Counted from the first letter of the stretch, positions 19,941 through 32,096 are shown. The stretch is DNA of 64,000 nucleotides from an uncultured bacterium (GCA_963827235.1 CAWHAE010000014.1:384001-448000); one strand, 5' to 3'. Numbers and translations: made by a program. Notes: a model not told the origin generated them from the sequence alone.

Positions 19941-21265
19941 CAGAAACGCGTCTCCTGTAGATGACCGTCTACCGTGCCGATGATCAGCGGCGACGGCTCC
20001 GGTAGCTCCTGCGACATTCGCAGAGCCGATTCAAGCAGGCTGGCGCCGGCATCGAGGTGCGCGGAATCGGAGCCAAAAACGGTTGCCCAGATCGCGCCTT
20101 CCTTCAGTGGCGTGCCCACTTTCACCCTCAGCAGCACGCCGGCCGCGTAGTCTATCGGATCGCCTTTCCGCTGACGACCGGCGCCGAGCGCCCGAGCGGC
20201 CTCTCCGACCGCGAGAGCGTCGACGCGGCTTACGAAGCCTGACCGGGGCGCGGCGAGATCGCGGTTCATCCGTGCGCCAGGCAGCACCGACACCGGATCA
20301 TCGACCACCCGTACATCGCCTCCCTGGGCGGCTACCAGGGCGCGGAATCGCTCCATGGCCTGCCCGCTCGACAGCAGATGCTCGAGTTCCCGGCGCAGTG
20401 CCGCTGCTTCCGCCGAGCCACGCGCGAGTGCTACCAGCCGGCCCGCCAGCCATAGGCAGACCTCCTTGAGATCGTCGGGACCACGGCCCGACAGCGTGTC
20501 GATCGCCTCACGCACTTCCAGCCCGTTACCTACCGCGAAGCCAAGCGGCTGATCCATGGAAGTTACGGTAGCTTCCACGAGGCGTCCCGCCGCCGATCCG
20601 ATCTCCACTAGGGCGCGAGCAAGGACGAAGGCCTGATCCGGAGTCGACATGAACGCGCCTGAGCCTGTCTTCACGTCCAGGATGATCGCGCGGGCCCCCG
20701 CTGCGAGCTTCTTGCTCATAATGCTGCTCGCGATCAGTGGCACGCTGTCGACCGTAGCCGTGACGTCGCGCAGTGCGTAGAGCATGCCGTCGGCAGGCAC
20801 GAGTGTGCTTGACTGGGCCGCCACAGCGATGCCGATCCGCCGGGCTTGCTCGATCATCGCGTCGGTCGTCATGCTCGTGCTGAAGCCGGGTATAGACTCC
20901 AGCTTGTCCAGAGTGCCTCCCGTGTGCCCGAGGCCCCGTCCGGACATCTTGGCCACGGTGAGCCCGGCAGCTGCTAGCAGCGGACACAGGACCAGCGTGG
21001 TCTTATCGCCAACCCCGCCCGTCGAGTGCTTGTCGACGGTCACGCCGGGCAGGGCCGAGAGGTCGGCGGAATCGCCCGATGCTACCATCGCTGCGGTAAG
21101 GTCCGCGGTCTCTCGCGCGGACATCCCGCGGAAGTAGACGGCCATAAGGAACGCCGCCATCTGATAGTCGGTGACGGCACCCGACATGTAGCCACCGATC
21201 AGATCTCGGATCTCTTCGCTGCTTAGCTCGATGCCGTCGCGCTTTTTCTTGATCAAGCTGTACAT
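19940..21265 (-). CDS. pdp: Pyrimidine-nucleoside (thymidine) phosphorylase
   Basis: DKHSTGGVGDK, KMSGRGLGHTGGTLDKLESIPG, SIMSKKLA; start MYSLIKKKRDG. Confidence 0.95.
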   Translation of the reverse strand: MYSLIKKKRDGIELSSEEIRDLIGGYMSGAVTDYQMAAFLMAVYFRGMSARETADLTAAMVASGDSADLSALPGVTVDKHSTGGVGDKTTLVLCPLLAAAGLTVAKMSGRGLGHTGGTLDKLESIPGFSTSMTTDAMIEQARRIGIAVAAQSSTLVPADGMLYALRDVTATVDSVPLIASSIMSKKLAAGARAIILDVKTGSGAFMSTPDQAFVLARALVEIGSAAGRLVEATVTSMDQPLGFAVGNGLEVREAIDTLSGRGPDDLKEVCLWLAGRLVALARGSAEAAALRRELEHLLSSGQAMERFRALVAAQGGDVRVVDDPVSVLPGARMNRDLAAPRSGFVSRVDALAVGEAARALGAGRQRKGDPIDYAAGVLLRVKVGTPLKEGAIWATVFGSDSAHLDAGASLLESALRMSQELPEPSPLIIGTVDGHLQETRF

Positions 21266-21564
21266 GCGCTGCTCCCGGATCAACTCATTATGTGCAGTCA
21301 CGTAGCGCGCTACGACACCCGCCTGGACACCGCTCTCAAGCTACAGCAGCAAGGCCCGGCTCACGCTGACTTGGATGGCCTGCACTGTGTGATGCTACAT
21401 TGAGAAGGAGGGGCACGGCCAGCCCTGGCCAGCACCCCGGTGTGAGGAGAAGCGCCGCTCTCCGGCCGTCGGCTGCGTTCGTCGAACGATCAAGCTGTTG
21501 TCTGCCCCCGGGCCGTCGCCGTACTGTTTCGACCCGCTCGTCGGCCCGGCAGATTGGGAGCCCA

Positions 21565-22563
21565 ATGAAGAAGTCGTTGCCCGCGCACGAGGGACCCTCG
21601 AGTCTCCGCGGGCGTCCTTCGTACCGTATGCTCGTGACCGATATAGATGGCACGCTCCTCAATTCGGAGTCCCAGCTCGCGCCGCCAGTCGTCACGGCGA
21701 TCGAGCGCGCGCGCCGAGCCGGTGTGATCGTTACGATCGCCACCGGTAGGCGATTTGCCACCTGCGAGAAGCTCCTTCGCGACCTCGGGCTATTTGGACC
21801 GCTCGGCCCAACCCCTATTCGTGCCGTATCGGCGCAGCTCGCCCTTCAGTCACCGCCCATCGTCCTGGAGACCGGCGCCATGGTGTCGAGCGCCGACGGC
21901 TCCCACGTCCTGTATCGTGACCCGCTCGCACCGGCCAGCGGTAGGCAAGCACTGAGAATACTCGTCGAGGCCGGTCTGCAGCCTATCGCCTACGAGGACC
22001 GCGTGATCGGACAGCGGCTCTTCACCGGCACGGAGGAGTACGACTCCCCGGCAGCCACCGAGTTTCTGAGCCGGAATCCCGAGCTGGTGATCCGCATGCC
22101 GTACGCCGCCCTGGAGTCCGACATCGAGCCAGTGCATATCGTGGTGGTTGACAACTATGCGCGAGTCGAGCCTATACTCGCCCGCCTCGAGCTCGCCGAC
22201 TGCCGCACGCTGATCTCTTACAGCCCCAACCTTGACAGCTGCTTCCTCGAGGTCTTCCATGGAGACTGCTCGAAGGGCACCGCCGTGGCATGGCTGGCAG
22301 GCTACCTTGGCATGGGAATCGAGGATGTCGTCTGTATCGGCGACAACTGGAATGACGTGGAAATGCTCTCGACGGCGGGTTGCGGTATCGTGGTTGCCAA
22401 TGCCGAGCCCGGTGTCAAGCCCTACGCGAGGCGCATCACGGTGTCGAACGACCAGAACGCCGTCGCGGTCGTGCTGAATCAGATAGTTGATGGCACAGAG
22501 CCGGGCAAGGCGAATCCCGACTACCTACCCGTCGTCGAGGAGAGTGTCGGCCTCGCCGAATGA
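21565..22563 (+). CDS. Cof-type HAD-IIB hydrolase
   Basis: TDIDGTLL, ATGR, SKG, IGDNWNDVEM; GGGAG RBS before ATG 21565. Confidence 0.9.
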   Translation: MKKSLPAHEGPSSLRGRPSYRMLVTDIDGTLLNSESQLAPPVVTAIERARRAGVIVTIATGRRFATCEKLLRDLGLFGPLGPTPIRAVSAQLALQSPPIVLETGAMVSSADGSHVLYRDPLAPASGRQALRILVEAGLQPIAYEDRVIGQRLFTGTEEYDSPAATEFLSRNPELVIRMPYAALESDIEPVHIVVVDNYARVEPILARLELADCRTLISYSPNLDSCFLEVFHGDCSKGTAVAWLAGYLGMGIEDVVCIGDNWNDVEMLSTAGCGIVVANAEPGVKPYARRITVSNDQNAVAVVLNQIVDGTEPGKANPDYLPVVEESVGLAE

Positions 22564-22573
22564 CTCGCCATCG

Positions 22574-23818
22574 CTAGCGATACAGAGAGACTGAGCATTC
22601 CAGCAGGCCGAATTGCAGCGAGTCGCCCTCCTGGAGCAGAAACCACTGCTGCGGCTGCAGGGTGCTCCACTGCGGCTGGCCGGCCCTCCGCACCCGCGTC
22701 CCGTTCGTGCTGCTCAGATCCCTGATCGCGAAGCCATCGCCCTGCCTCGCTATCTCCGCATGTCTTCGGGACACTCCCAGGTCCTCGGACTCGCCGGGGT
22801 CGCAGGCTTGCGAAAGGTTCACATAGGCCTGACCTTGGGTTAGCGGACCGTCAAGGCCACGGCCGACCACCGTCGGCGTTCCATTGCAGCGAAATACGAA
22901 GCCGCTACGCACTTCGATCAGCGTCAAGGCACGCACTGCTGGCGCGGCATGCGGCACGGATCCGGCCACGGGCTGCCCAAACGCCACTCCGGGCCCTGAT
23001 GGCGTCCCTGTTGCCGGCAAGCCAGGCGAGGAGTCGCCGGCGCGAATCTGCTGGCTGGCAGGCAGTACGATCTGCTGCGTCTCATCTGCCGGCGGCGTGT
23101 GAGCCGCGGACGGCTGCCTGCCGGCATCGCCGCCCAGGGCCGCTTGGGCGCGCGCGTTCGCCGACGTACGGGCCCGCTGAGCCATGTCCAAAGCACCCTG
23201 AAGCTCGCCCAGCGCCTGGTCGAGCGATGCGCGCGCGTCGTCGAACGCTCGATCGCGAACGCTCGCCGCCGCGGATGCCATGCGGACATCCTGCGCGGCA
23301 AGGATGGAGCCTATCGACCTCAGGGTGCTCTGCCAGCCGGCATCGTCGAATCCCGGTCCGCGCTGAAGCTGCATGTCAGCCAGGGCCTGGCGTAGGGCTG
23401 AGTAGCGGCGGCGAGCCGTCTCCAGCATGGCATTGCATTCGAAGGTCTGTTGAGCCCGATGAGCCTGCTCCGCGGCCGCCTTCTCTCGCGCGGCCCGGTC
23501 CGCGACTACTTGCCGCGCCGCGGTCACGCGCTGTCCAAGCTGCAAGTACGGCGCGAACAAGGGCTGGAAGCTGAGAGCCTGGTCTAGTAGCCTCCTGGTT
23601 TCGCCCCAACGCGTCTGCTGGCCGGCGCTTGGTACCGACGCAAGAAACTCACGAGCGCGCAGCGTCAACGCAGGCAGGCGCGACGCCAGATCCCGGGCCT
23701 CGGGCAAGCCAATCTGTAGCGCCGCGGCTACATTGCTTTCGGCCAGAGAGATTGCGTGATCCAGTTGCAGCAGCGCGTCCGTCAGCGACTGGACGGACTT
23801 GGCAAAAGGGTCGTTCAT
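22574..23818 (-). CDS. FHA domain protein with helical N-terminus
   Basis: C-terminal FHA motifs VVGR, GVSRRHA, DLSSTNGT; A/Q/R-rich helical N-terminal region and Pro-rich linker. Confidence 0.85.
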   Translation of the reverse strand: MNDPFAKSVQSLTDALLQLDHAISLAESNVAAALQIGLPEARDLASRLPALTLRAREFLASVPSAGQQTRWGETRRLLDQALSFQPLFAPYLQLGQRVTAARQVVADRAAREKAAAEQAHRAQQTFECNAMLETARRRYSALRQALADMQLQRGPGFDDAGWQSTLRSIGSILAAQDVRMASAAASVRDRAFDDARASLDQALGELQGALDMAQRARTSANARAQAALGGDAGRQPSAAHTPPADETQQIVLPASQQIRAGDSSPGLPATGTPSGPGVAFGQPVAGSVPHAAPAVRALTLIEVRSGFVFRCNGTPTVVGRGLDGPLTQGQAYVNLSQACDPGESEDLGVSRRHAEIARQGDGFAIRDLSSTNGTRVRRAGQPQWSTLQPQQWFLLQEGDSLQFGLLECSVSLYR

Positions 23819-23941
23819 GGCTCCATCACCGCCCTCTTCCGCACGCTCGACCTTCGGAATTGCCCGGGCACATGGGTTCCTCTTCGTGTTGTGGTGCCGG
23901 AGGACAGCGATCCCGCCCGGGCTGGGCAGTCGAGCAATCTC

Positions 23942-26046
<2,105 letters not shown>

Positions 26047-26134
26047 CAGGCCACCGGTATCCGTCTGCAGGCAGATAGCCAGGGCGGCTGCTGTATGGGA
26101 ACGTGTGTCGCCCAACCGGGGATGGACGCCTCGG

Positions 26135-26464
26135 TCACACCTGCTCGAAACGCACCACATCGACGACGAAGATTGTGGCGCCTCCAAGCTGGACGTCGAC
26201 CGGGGTCGGCATGTAGAACTCGCCCGGCTCCATCATCGGCGGTAAGGGGTTGATGTACTGCGTTCGCGTCCTGCAGTTCTTGCGCACCACTGCGATGGCA
26301 TCGTGTACCTTTTCGTCGGGCACACCGACCAGGATTGTCGCGTTACCCTGGCGGAGAAACCCACCGTGTGACTGGTAGCGCGTGCTGCGAAATCCTTCCT
26401 TGGTAAGTGCGCTGACGAGGCCGCCCGCGTCCTCGTTCTGGACGATGCAAAAGATCAGCTTCAC
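26135..26464 (-). CDS. darA: PII-like cyclic-di-AMP receptor (DarA/PstA, DUF970)
   Basis: KLIFCIVQNED, GGFLRQGNATIL, GGATIFV; GTG start after GGAGG; downstream of tmk as in Firmicutes. Confidence 0.9.
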   Translation of the reverse strand: MKLIFCIVQNEDAGGLVSALTKEGFRSTRYQSHGGFLRQGNATILVGVPDEKVHDAIAVVRKNCRTRTQYINPLPPMMEPGEFYMPTPVDVQLGGATIFVVDVVRFEQV

Positions 26465-26652
26465 GTCTACTACCTCCATAGAGGCCCGAGAATTGCGCCG
26501 TAGTGCAGCGCATACGGCGTGGCTGGCTATACGCTTTCTTTATGAGCCTGATGAGACCGACAGCCGTACAACGCTGGTCATAGGTTATGCCTGTTGCTCA
26601 GACGATGCAAGCACTTTCGCGCACCTCCTGGGTGATGAACCGCGGCACGGCG

Positions 26653-27270
26653 CTACGGACATCGCCGCGGCAATAGCGGTGAGACTGTTTCGATGATACG
26701 CGCCAGGACGACACCAGGTGAGCACCCGGCATCCAGAACCACCCACCGGCTGGGCTCCTGAGATGCCAGCCTCAGGAAGCCCTCTCGAACGCGCTGGTGG
26801 AACTCCAGGCCGCGCCGATCGATAACGTTGAGATTACCCGCCAAATTGCGGCGGCGCAGACCTTCAGCCGGATCGATATCCAAAAGCAAGGTCAGGTCGG
26901 GCGCCAGCCCACCGGTAGCTAATCGATTGAGCGTCCTGATCTCTTCGACGGGCATTCCTTCGCCAAAGCCCTGGTAGGCGAGTGTGGAGTCCGTGAAGCG
27001 ATCGCAGAGCACAACCGCATGCCGATCGAGCGCCGGGCGGATCACGGTGGCCACGAGCTGTGCCCGGGCGGCTTGGAAGAGGAGGAGCGACGCGTAGCGC
27101 TCCAGCCGCTCGCTTTCCAGAAGGATCGACCGGATCCTTTCGCCAGCCGGAGTTCCCCCAGGCTCCCGCGCGGTCACCACTCGCGCCCCGCGCTCCACCA
27201 GCCATGCCTCTAGCTTCGCAAGCGCGGTCGACTTGCCGCTTCCCTCAGCACCCTCGAATGTGACGAACAT
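26653..27270 (-). CDS. tmk: Thymidylate kinase
   Basis: FVTFEGAEGSGKST, REPGGT, CDRFTDSTLAYQG. Confidence 0.96.
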   Translation of the reverse strand: MFVTFEGAEGSGKSTALAKLEAWLVERGARVVTAREPGGTPAGERIRSILLESERLERYASLLLFQAARAQLVATVIRPALDRHAVVLCDRFTDSTLAYQGFGEGMPVEEIRTLNRLATGGLAPDLTLLLDIDPAEGLRRRNLAGNLNVIDRRGLEFHQRVREGFLRLASQEPSRWVVLDAGCSPGVVLARIIETVSPLLPRRCP

Positions 27271-27272
27271 GA

Positions 27273-28949
27273 TCAGGAGGTTTGCACACCGGGCGGCAGG
27301 ATTCGCACGCGCCGGTACGGCTCCTTGCCGTGACTGCGCGACGTCAGATTGTACCGTTCGGCCAGCCGGTGCTGCATGCGCCGAATATACGGATTCTGGG
27401 GATTGAGGTCCACTGCGGGACCTCCCTCAAGCACCGTGTTGATGGCGTCCTCCGCCTCCTGCAGCCCTGCGGATTGCGCGTCTGTATTAGTGTCGGGCTG
27501 CGCGGACGGAACCTCGAGATTGAACATGCCGGCCAGCGCGGTCTGCATCTGCGAGCCGGTGTTGTTCTTGAGCACCCAGATGGGCTTCCCGCCGGCCTCG
27601 GCGTCGCGCAGCACCTGCGGTTTGCGGCGATAGTACGGCTTGAGCGTGAGCACGAGATCCGCATCCTGGAGTTCGCCAGCCAGTGCCACCGGAACGCGCA
27701 GCTCGCGCGCCGCCTGCTCCAGCTTCGGCCTGCTCACGCCGAACGGCAGCACGCGAATCGGCTGCAGGACGTCGGACTCGATTGCTACACGTTGAGGAGT
27801 CTCAGCCGCCGGGGACGTGCCGTTGCGCGTCACGAAGCTGTGATTGCCCGCCATCAGGCCGCCGCCTCTGGGCGGGGCCACGCTGTTCTTACCGTGGCCG
27901 TTGGCCCCCGCGACGTCGCGGAACACGCCGAGATCTCGCACCGAGATCGCGCCGTCGTCCGACCTCGTCCGAACCTGCGCCCCTACGGGCCGTCCAAGCA
28001 ACATGGCATCGACCACTGCCGCGACGTCACTATGCACCGTGACGTGATACCAGTCCTGTATCTCCACCACGACCTGGAATGTCGGCGGCGCTTTACGCTC
28101 GAGCACCGACTTCTGGGTGCCCCGCCGCCGCGCTTCCTCGTCGCCCAGCGTTACCGTCTGGATACCGCCGATCAGATCGCTCAGGGTGGGATTCTGCATC
28201 AGGTTCTCGAGAGTGTTGCCATGTGCGGTGCCTACCAGCTGCACGCCGCGCTCGGCGATAGTGCGAGCCGCCTGTGCCTCCAGCTCAGTGCCGATCTCGT
28301 CGATCACGATCACCTGGGGCATGTGGTTCTCCACCGCTTCGATCATCACCGCGTGCTGGCTTACCGGCGTGGCTACCTGCATGCGCCGCGCCCCGCCGAT
28401 GCCCGGATGCGGAATGTCCCCATCGCCGGCGATTTCGTTGGAGGTGTCGACGATCACAACGCGTTTCTGCGCCTCGTCGGCCAGCACGCGCGCGACCTCA
28501 CGCAACATGGTCGTCTTGCCTACGCCGGGACGGCCGAGCAGCAGCATGCTTTGTCCGGACTCCACGATGTCCCGGATGATGGCTATCGTCCCGGTGACGG
28601 CTCGTCCGACCCTGCACGTAAGGCCGACCACTCGACCCTTGCGGTTACGGATCGCCGAGATGCGGTGGAGCGTTCTTTCGATACCGGCGCGGTTATCTTC
28701 ACCAAAGTCGCCGATCCGCTGGACGACGTATTCGATGTCGGCTGCCTCGATTACGAGGCCGTCAAGCCGGTATTCCCCTTGGCGGAGGCGGATGCTCGGC
28801 ACGCGTCCGAGATCCATGACGATTTCAAGCAGATCTCCTGCTGCGGCCATCTGGTTGACCGCCACTGCGATCGCAGGGGGGAGGGCGGAGACAAGTGCAC
28901 CCAGGTCATCAGTAACCACTCGCTCTGGCTGGACGGTCAAATTGGTCAT
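27273..28949 (-). CDS. Ycf45/SpoIIIAA-like AAA ATPase with C-terminal R3H domain
   Basis: [28 protein letters not shown]3H RRMQH...S.GKEPYRRV. Start uncertain (28949 ATG or the downstream GTG of VVTDDL). Confidence 0.9.
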   Translation of the reverse strand: MTNLTVQPERVVTDDLGALVSALPPAIAVAVNQMAAAGDLLEIVMDLGRVPSIRLRQGEYRLDGLVIEAADIEYVVQRIGDFGEDNRAGIERTLHRISAIRNRKGRVVGLTCRVGRAVTGTIAIIRDIVESGQSMLLLGRPGVGKTTMLREVARVLADEAQKRVVIVDTSNEIAGDGDIPHPGIGGARRMQVATPVSQHAVMIEAVENHMPQVIVIDEIGTELEAQAARTIAERGVQLVGTAHGNTLENLMQNPTLSDLIGGIQTVTLGDEEARRRGTQKSVLERKAPPTFQVVVEIQDWYHVTVHSDVAAVVDAMLLGRPVGAQVRTRSDDGAISVRDLGVFRDVAGANGHGKNSVAPPRGGGLMAGNHSFVTRNGTSPAAETPQRVAIESDVLQPIRVLPFGVSRPKLEQAARELRVPVALAGELQDADLVLTLKPYYRRKPQVLRDAEAGGKPIWVLKNNTGSQMQTALAGMFNLEVPSAQPDTNTDAQSAGLQEAEDAINTVLEGGPAVDLNPQNPYIRRMQHRLAERYNLTSRSHGKEPYRRVRILPPGVQTS

Positions 28950-30009
28950 AGTACTGGTGTTCAACTTCCATACTCGACGCCAATCGATGTTGAACGACGT
29001 CGGCTCTGGTGCCGTAACGGGAGATGTCAATACCCAGCCCCTGTGCCCTGATCGCTGCGACGAGCAACTGCCGCTCCGTCACGCGGGCTACAGTGTGACG
29101 GACAAGCAACGTCTCCCGAAGACCGGCCGAGAAACCGGCCTCCAGTAGGGACGTGGACACGCCCCCATCATACTCGCGCACCTTGCAGACGGTGGTGCAG
29201 TCCGGGTCGAGCCCAAGGTGTTCGACACCGAACCTGACCAGCTCTCCGAGCCGGCTCGCCTCCTCGGGACGCACGAGGATTTCAAGCCACTGGAGTCCCA
29301 GCTGCCGGCGCGGCGACCATCGAATCCACCCGTGAATTCCACTGAGGTCGCCGGCGATTACCTCCCGGGGATGGCGCCATCGGCTGACCGTGGCATCGGC
29401 CACCCGGTTGCGCACGGACCATTCCTTGAGACTCCTTCCCTCTGCGTGCCGGATGAGCGCCGGCGTCACTGCGCAGTAGAGTGAGAACACGTCCCAGGCA
29501 TCGGACGGACGGCGATCCCGCACGTCCGGCGATATGGCACGTGTCGCCATCGCCAGCGAACGGAGCGCGCCATGGTAGATTACCTCGCTTGCATACGGGC
29601 GAAAGCCGCTCTCGGATAAGAGCGCCACGTTCGGGCTGTCCGCCGGCACCCGGGCGAACGTGCGTAATGCACCGCGCTGGGCGGCTACGCCGCCGACGTG
29701 ATCGAGCAGATCCGCACACCCTCGTAGCCACATTTCGTCATCGCAGGCCACGCAGGCCAGGCGCACGATGTCCCATGACTCCCGCCCGGGCCGGGGTCGA
29801 GCTTGCACGAAACCACGGCACTGGTCGCCGTCGTGGAGCACCAGTGTCTGCGCACGCTTGCCAGCACCACGCCATACGGACTTCACCGCCAAGGCGAACG
29901 CCGAAGGACAGGCAACAGCGGGTAAGGGCGCGAGCACGAGCGCGTCATCATTACGGACCAGCTGTCGGATCACCAGCAGGTCTGAAAGCCGAGCCGCATG
30001 GACCCCCAT
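28909..30009 (-). CDS. Hypothetical protein, probable tandem GNAT-like fold
   Basis: Two GNAT-like halves (GFVQAR...WDIVRL...LSESGF; GWIRW...LLEAGF); GGGGG RBS. Confidence 0.6.
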   Translation of the reverse strand: MGVHAARLSDLLVIRQLVRNDDALVLAPLPAVACPSAFALAVKSVWRGAGKRAQTLVLHDGDQCRGFVQARPRPGRESWDIVRLACVACDDEMWLRGCADLLDHVGGVAAQRGALRTFARVPADSPNVALLSESGFRPYASEVIYHGALRSLAMATRAISPDVRDRRPSDAWDVFSLYCAVTPALIRHAEGRSLKEWSVRNRVADATVSRWRHPREVIAGDLSGIHGWIRWSPRRQLGLQWLEILVRPEEASRLGELVRFGVEHLGLDPDCTTVCKVREYDGGVSTSLLEAGFSAGLRETLLVRHTVARVTERQLLVAAIRAQGLGIDISRYGTRADVVQHRLASSMEVEHQYYDQFDRPARASGY

Positions 30010-30070
30010 CGAAGCCCCCCGACGTTACTGGCCGATGCGACGGAACACCTTCGACGTGTTCACTGCGCAT

Positions 30071-30207
30071 ATAGAATCGTAAGGCAGTGGCGGTCTCTGT
30101 TCAACATGGATGGCCCGAGCCTCCCGCCAAAATCGTCAGGTGACGGCGCCGGAAGCGCGCCGGAGGAAGACCATGGAGAGCATCTCAACTGCTACGATTA
30201 TACCACA
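30071..30207. promoter_or_regulatory. Imperfect palindrome with inward-facing -10 boxes (dual promoter or structured RNA)
   Basis: + arm TAGAATCGTAAGGCAGTGG...CATGG versus - arm TGTGGTATAATCGTAGCAGTTG...CATGG; inner CCTCC/GGAGG and CGTCA/TGACG pairings. Confidence 0.55.
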
Positions 30208-30380
30208 GGTCCCATTTTACGCCGGACCGCGACGGTGCTCCGAACTCGCCTGCGGTCGTCGCGGATCGGTGCCAGCGCGGCGACTGTGCGGCGCCGATCG
30301 CGTGCCCGTCGCTTGAGGTGGACGGAGCGGTCGGTACGGCCTGGCTTGGTGTGCGGCATGCAATTCGTGAAGGGGAGTCT

Positions 30381-31571
30381 ATGTCGGGAACCCGTCCTGC
30401 TCTCATGGTCGCCCAATCCGGGGGTCCCACGGCAGCCATCAACGCGAGCCTCGCGGGCGTGGTGGAGACGGCCATCGCCTCACCGAGAGTTGGCAGCGTC
30501 TTCGGCGCTCGGTTCGGCGTCGAGGGCCTGTTGCGGCGAGACGTCATCGACCTGGGAATCGTTAGTCGAGACATCTGGCCGCGCATTAAGCTGACTCCCT
30601 CCGCCGCCCTCGGCTCGTGTCGGCGCCGAGTGACGGGCTCGGAGCATGAACAGATCCTGGAGACGCTGGTTGCTCTCGACGTGCACTTTCTGCTCTACAT
30701 CGGAGGCAATGACTCGGCGGACACGGCGCAGGTGCTCGATCGCGCCGCTAGAGAGCGTTCCTACGACCTGCGCGTGATCTCCGTGCCCAAGACAATCGAC
30801 AATGACCTTCCCGGCACCGACCATTGTCCGGGCTACGGTAGCGCCGCGCGCTATCTTGCACAGTCCACCCAGGACGCTGGGCTCGACACGCAGGCAATGC
30901 GCCTGACGGATCCGATCAAGATCATCGAGGTCATGGGACGCGACGCCGGTTGGCTGGTGGCGTCGTCGGCTCTCGGCAAGCTTGACGATCCCGATCCGCC
31001 TCACTTGCTCTGCGTGCCTGAACGCCCGCTCGATGTCGACTCGTTCGCCGCCAGCGTGGAGGCGATGTACAAGCGCCACGGATACGTCGTGGCAGTGGTG
31101 GCCGAGACCATAAGGGACCCGCACGGCAGGCCGATAGGCAGCCTTCACGAGGTACAGCAGGTCGATGCTTTCGGGCACGCGGTCATTCAGGGAACGGCTG
31201 CGTCCCTAGTGTCGATCCTAGGTAGTCGGCTAGGCCTGAAGGCTCGCTTCGATAAGCCGGGTACGCTGCAACGCATGTCTGGTGCGCTGCAGTCGCCGGT
31301 GGACATCGAAGAGGCGTATGCTGCCGGCGCTGCCGCAGTCCGGCTGGCCCTCGAGGGAACCAGCGGCAAGATGGTCGGCTTTCGCCGCGTGCCCGGGCCC
31401 GCCTATCAGTGCGAGATCGTGGAAGTTGATCTCGGCGAGGTTGCCAATCGGCATCGCGTGCTTCCCGCCGAGTTTCTCGGCGAGGATCCATTCGGCGTCG
31501 CGGCCGCCTTCGTCGACTATGCTCGTCCGCTCATCGGCCCCCCGCTGCTGCCCTATGCCCGCCTTCCCTGA
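30381..31571 (+). CDS. pfp: Pyrophosphate-dependent phosphofructokinase
   Basis: QSGGPT, GGNDS and PKTIDND (the Asp/Lys signature of PPi use), MGR; GGGGAG RBS. Confidence 0.88.
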   Translation: MSGTRPALMVAQSGGPTAAINASLAGVVETAIASPRVGSVFGARFGVEGLLRRDVIDLGIVSRDIWPRIKLTPSAALGSCRRRVTGSEHEQILETLVALDVHFLLYIGGNDSADTAQVLDRAARERSYDLRVISVPKTIDNDLPGTDHCPGYGSAARYLAQSTQDAGLDTQAMRLTDPIKIIEVMGRDAGWLVASSALGKLDDPDPPHLLCVPERPLDVDSFAASVEAMYKRHGYVVAVVAETIRDPHGRPIGSLHEVQQVDAFGHAVIQGTAASLVSILGSRLGLKARFDKPGTLQRMSGALQSPVDIEEAYAAGAAAVRLALEGTSGKMVGFRRVPGPAYQCEIVEVDLGEVANRHRVLPAEFLGEDPFGVAAAFVDYARPLIGPPLLPYARLP

Positions 31572-31629
31572 GCTTCGCGTCCGGGACGCCGAAACGCCCA
31601 ATGGGACGATAAGGACCGGCTGCGTGCGT

Positions 31630-31659
31630 TTGCCCCGCTCGATCACGGGTGGGTACAAT
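31630..31659 (+). promoter_or_regulatory. Sigma70-type promoter for the 31740 gene
   Basis: TTGCCC, 18 bp spacer, TACAAT. Confidence 0.5.
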
Positions 31660-31739
31660 GGAGGCGCCAAATCCGCCGGGGCCCCGAGAGCAGGCAACAA
31701 CCGGCGGCGCCTTCAACGGAGCGGAGGGAGTGCAGCAGG

Positions 31740-32096
31740 GTGAACATCTACGACCAACTGCACGATATTCGTGATGAGCTCGAACGTCGAGGCGCAAACA
31801 GCGCTACGCTCAGCGTACTGGACAAGCTGATCGCGCAGGCCGAGCCGGAACGAGAGAACCCGCTGTCCGTCTCACAGTCCATGATGTTTAGGCATCTGCT
31901 CAGACAGCGAGACGTACTCAACAACTCGGTCGTTGAAATGGACATTCTCTCGCTGGCAGGCGACTTTGACGAGCAGCGGCCGGCGAGGCGAGACGAAGAC
32001 ATGCCAGACGCGACCGACGATGCGGACACGCGTCCACAGCACACGCGGACTTACTACAAGAAGCTCAAGGATCGCCAGCGCCGTACCATGCCCTGA
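31740..32096 (+). CDS. Hypothetical helical protein (118 aa)
   Basis: GTG start after GGAG, own promoter, protein-like composition. Confidence 0.75.
   Translation: MNIYDQLHDIRDELERRGANSATLSVLDKLIAQAEPERENPLSVSQSMMFRHLLRQRDVLNNSVVEMDILSLAGDFDEQRPARRDEDMPDATDDADTRPQHTRTYYKKLKDRQRRTMP

Noticed and set aside
26480-26652. c-di-AMP (ydaO) riboswitch upstream of darA
   Set aside because: No recognisable ydaO consensus elements.
27282-29051. 589-aa plus-strand ORF, and similar long ORFs (47469-49298, 41250-42689, 13990-15357, 52763-53947)
   Set aside because: Antisense shadows of well-supported genes; expected from high-GC codon bias, with no motifs.
30081-30195. SRP RNA (ffs)
   Set aside because: A CCGGAAG is present, but the CAGG/AGCA internal loop is not positioned around it.
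31650-31720. Fluoride riboswitch resemblance (AATGGAGG CGCC AAAT CCGC)
   Set aside because: The conserved 3' GCUGAUGAC-type segment is missing, and the downstream gene is not a fluoride-related family.
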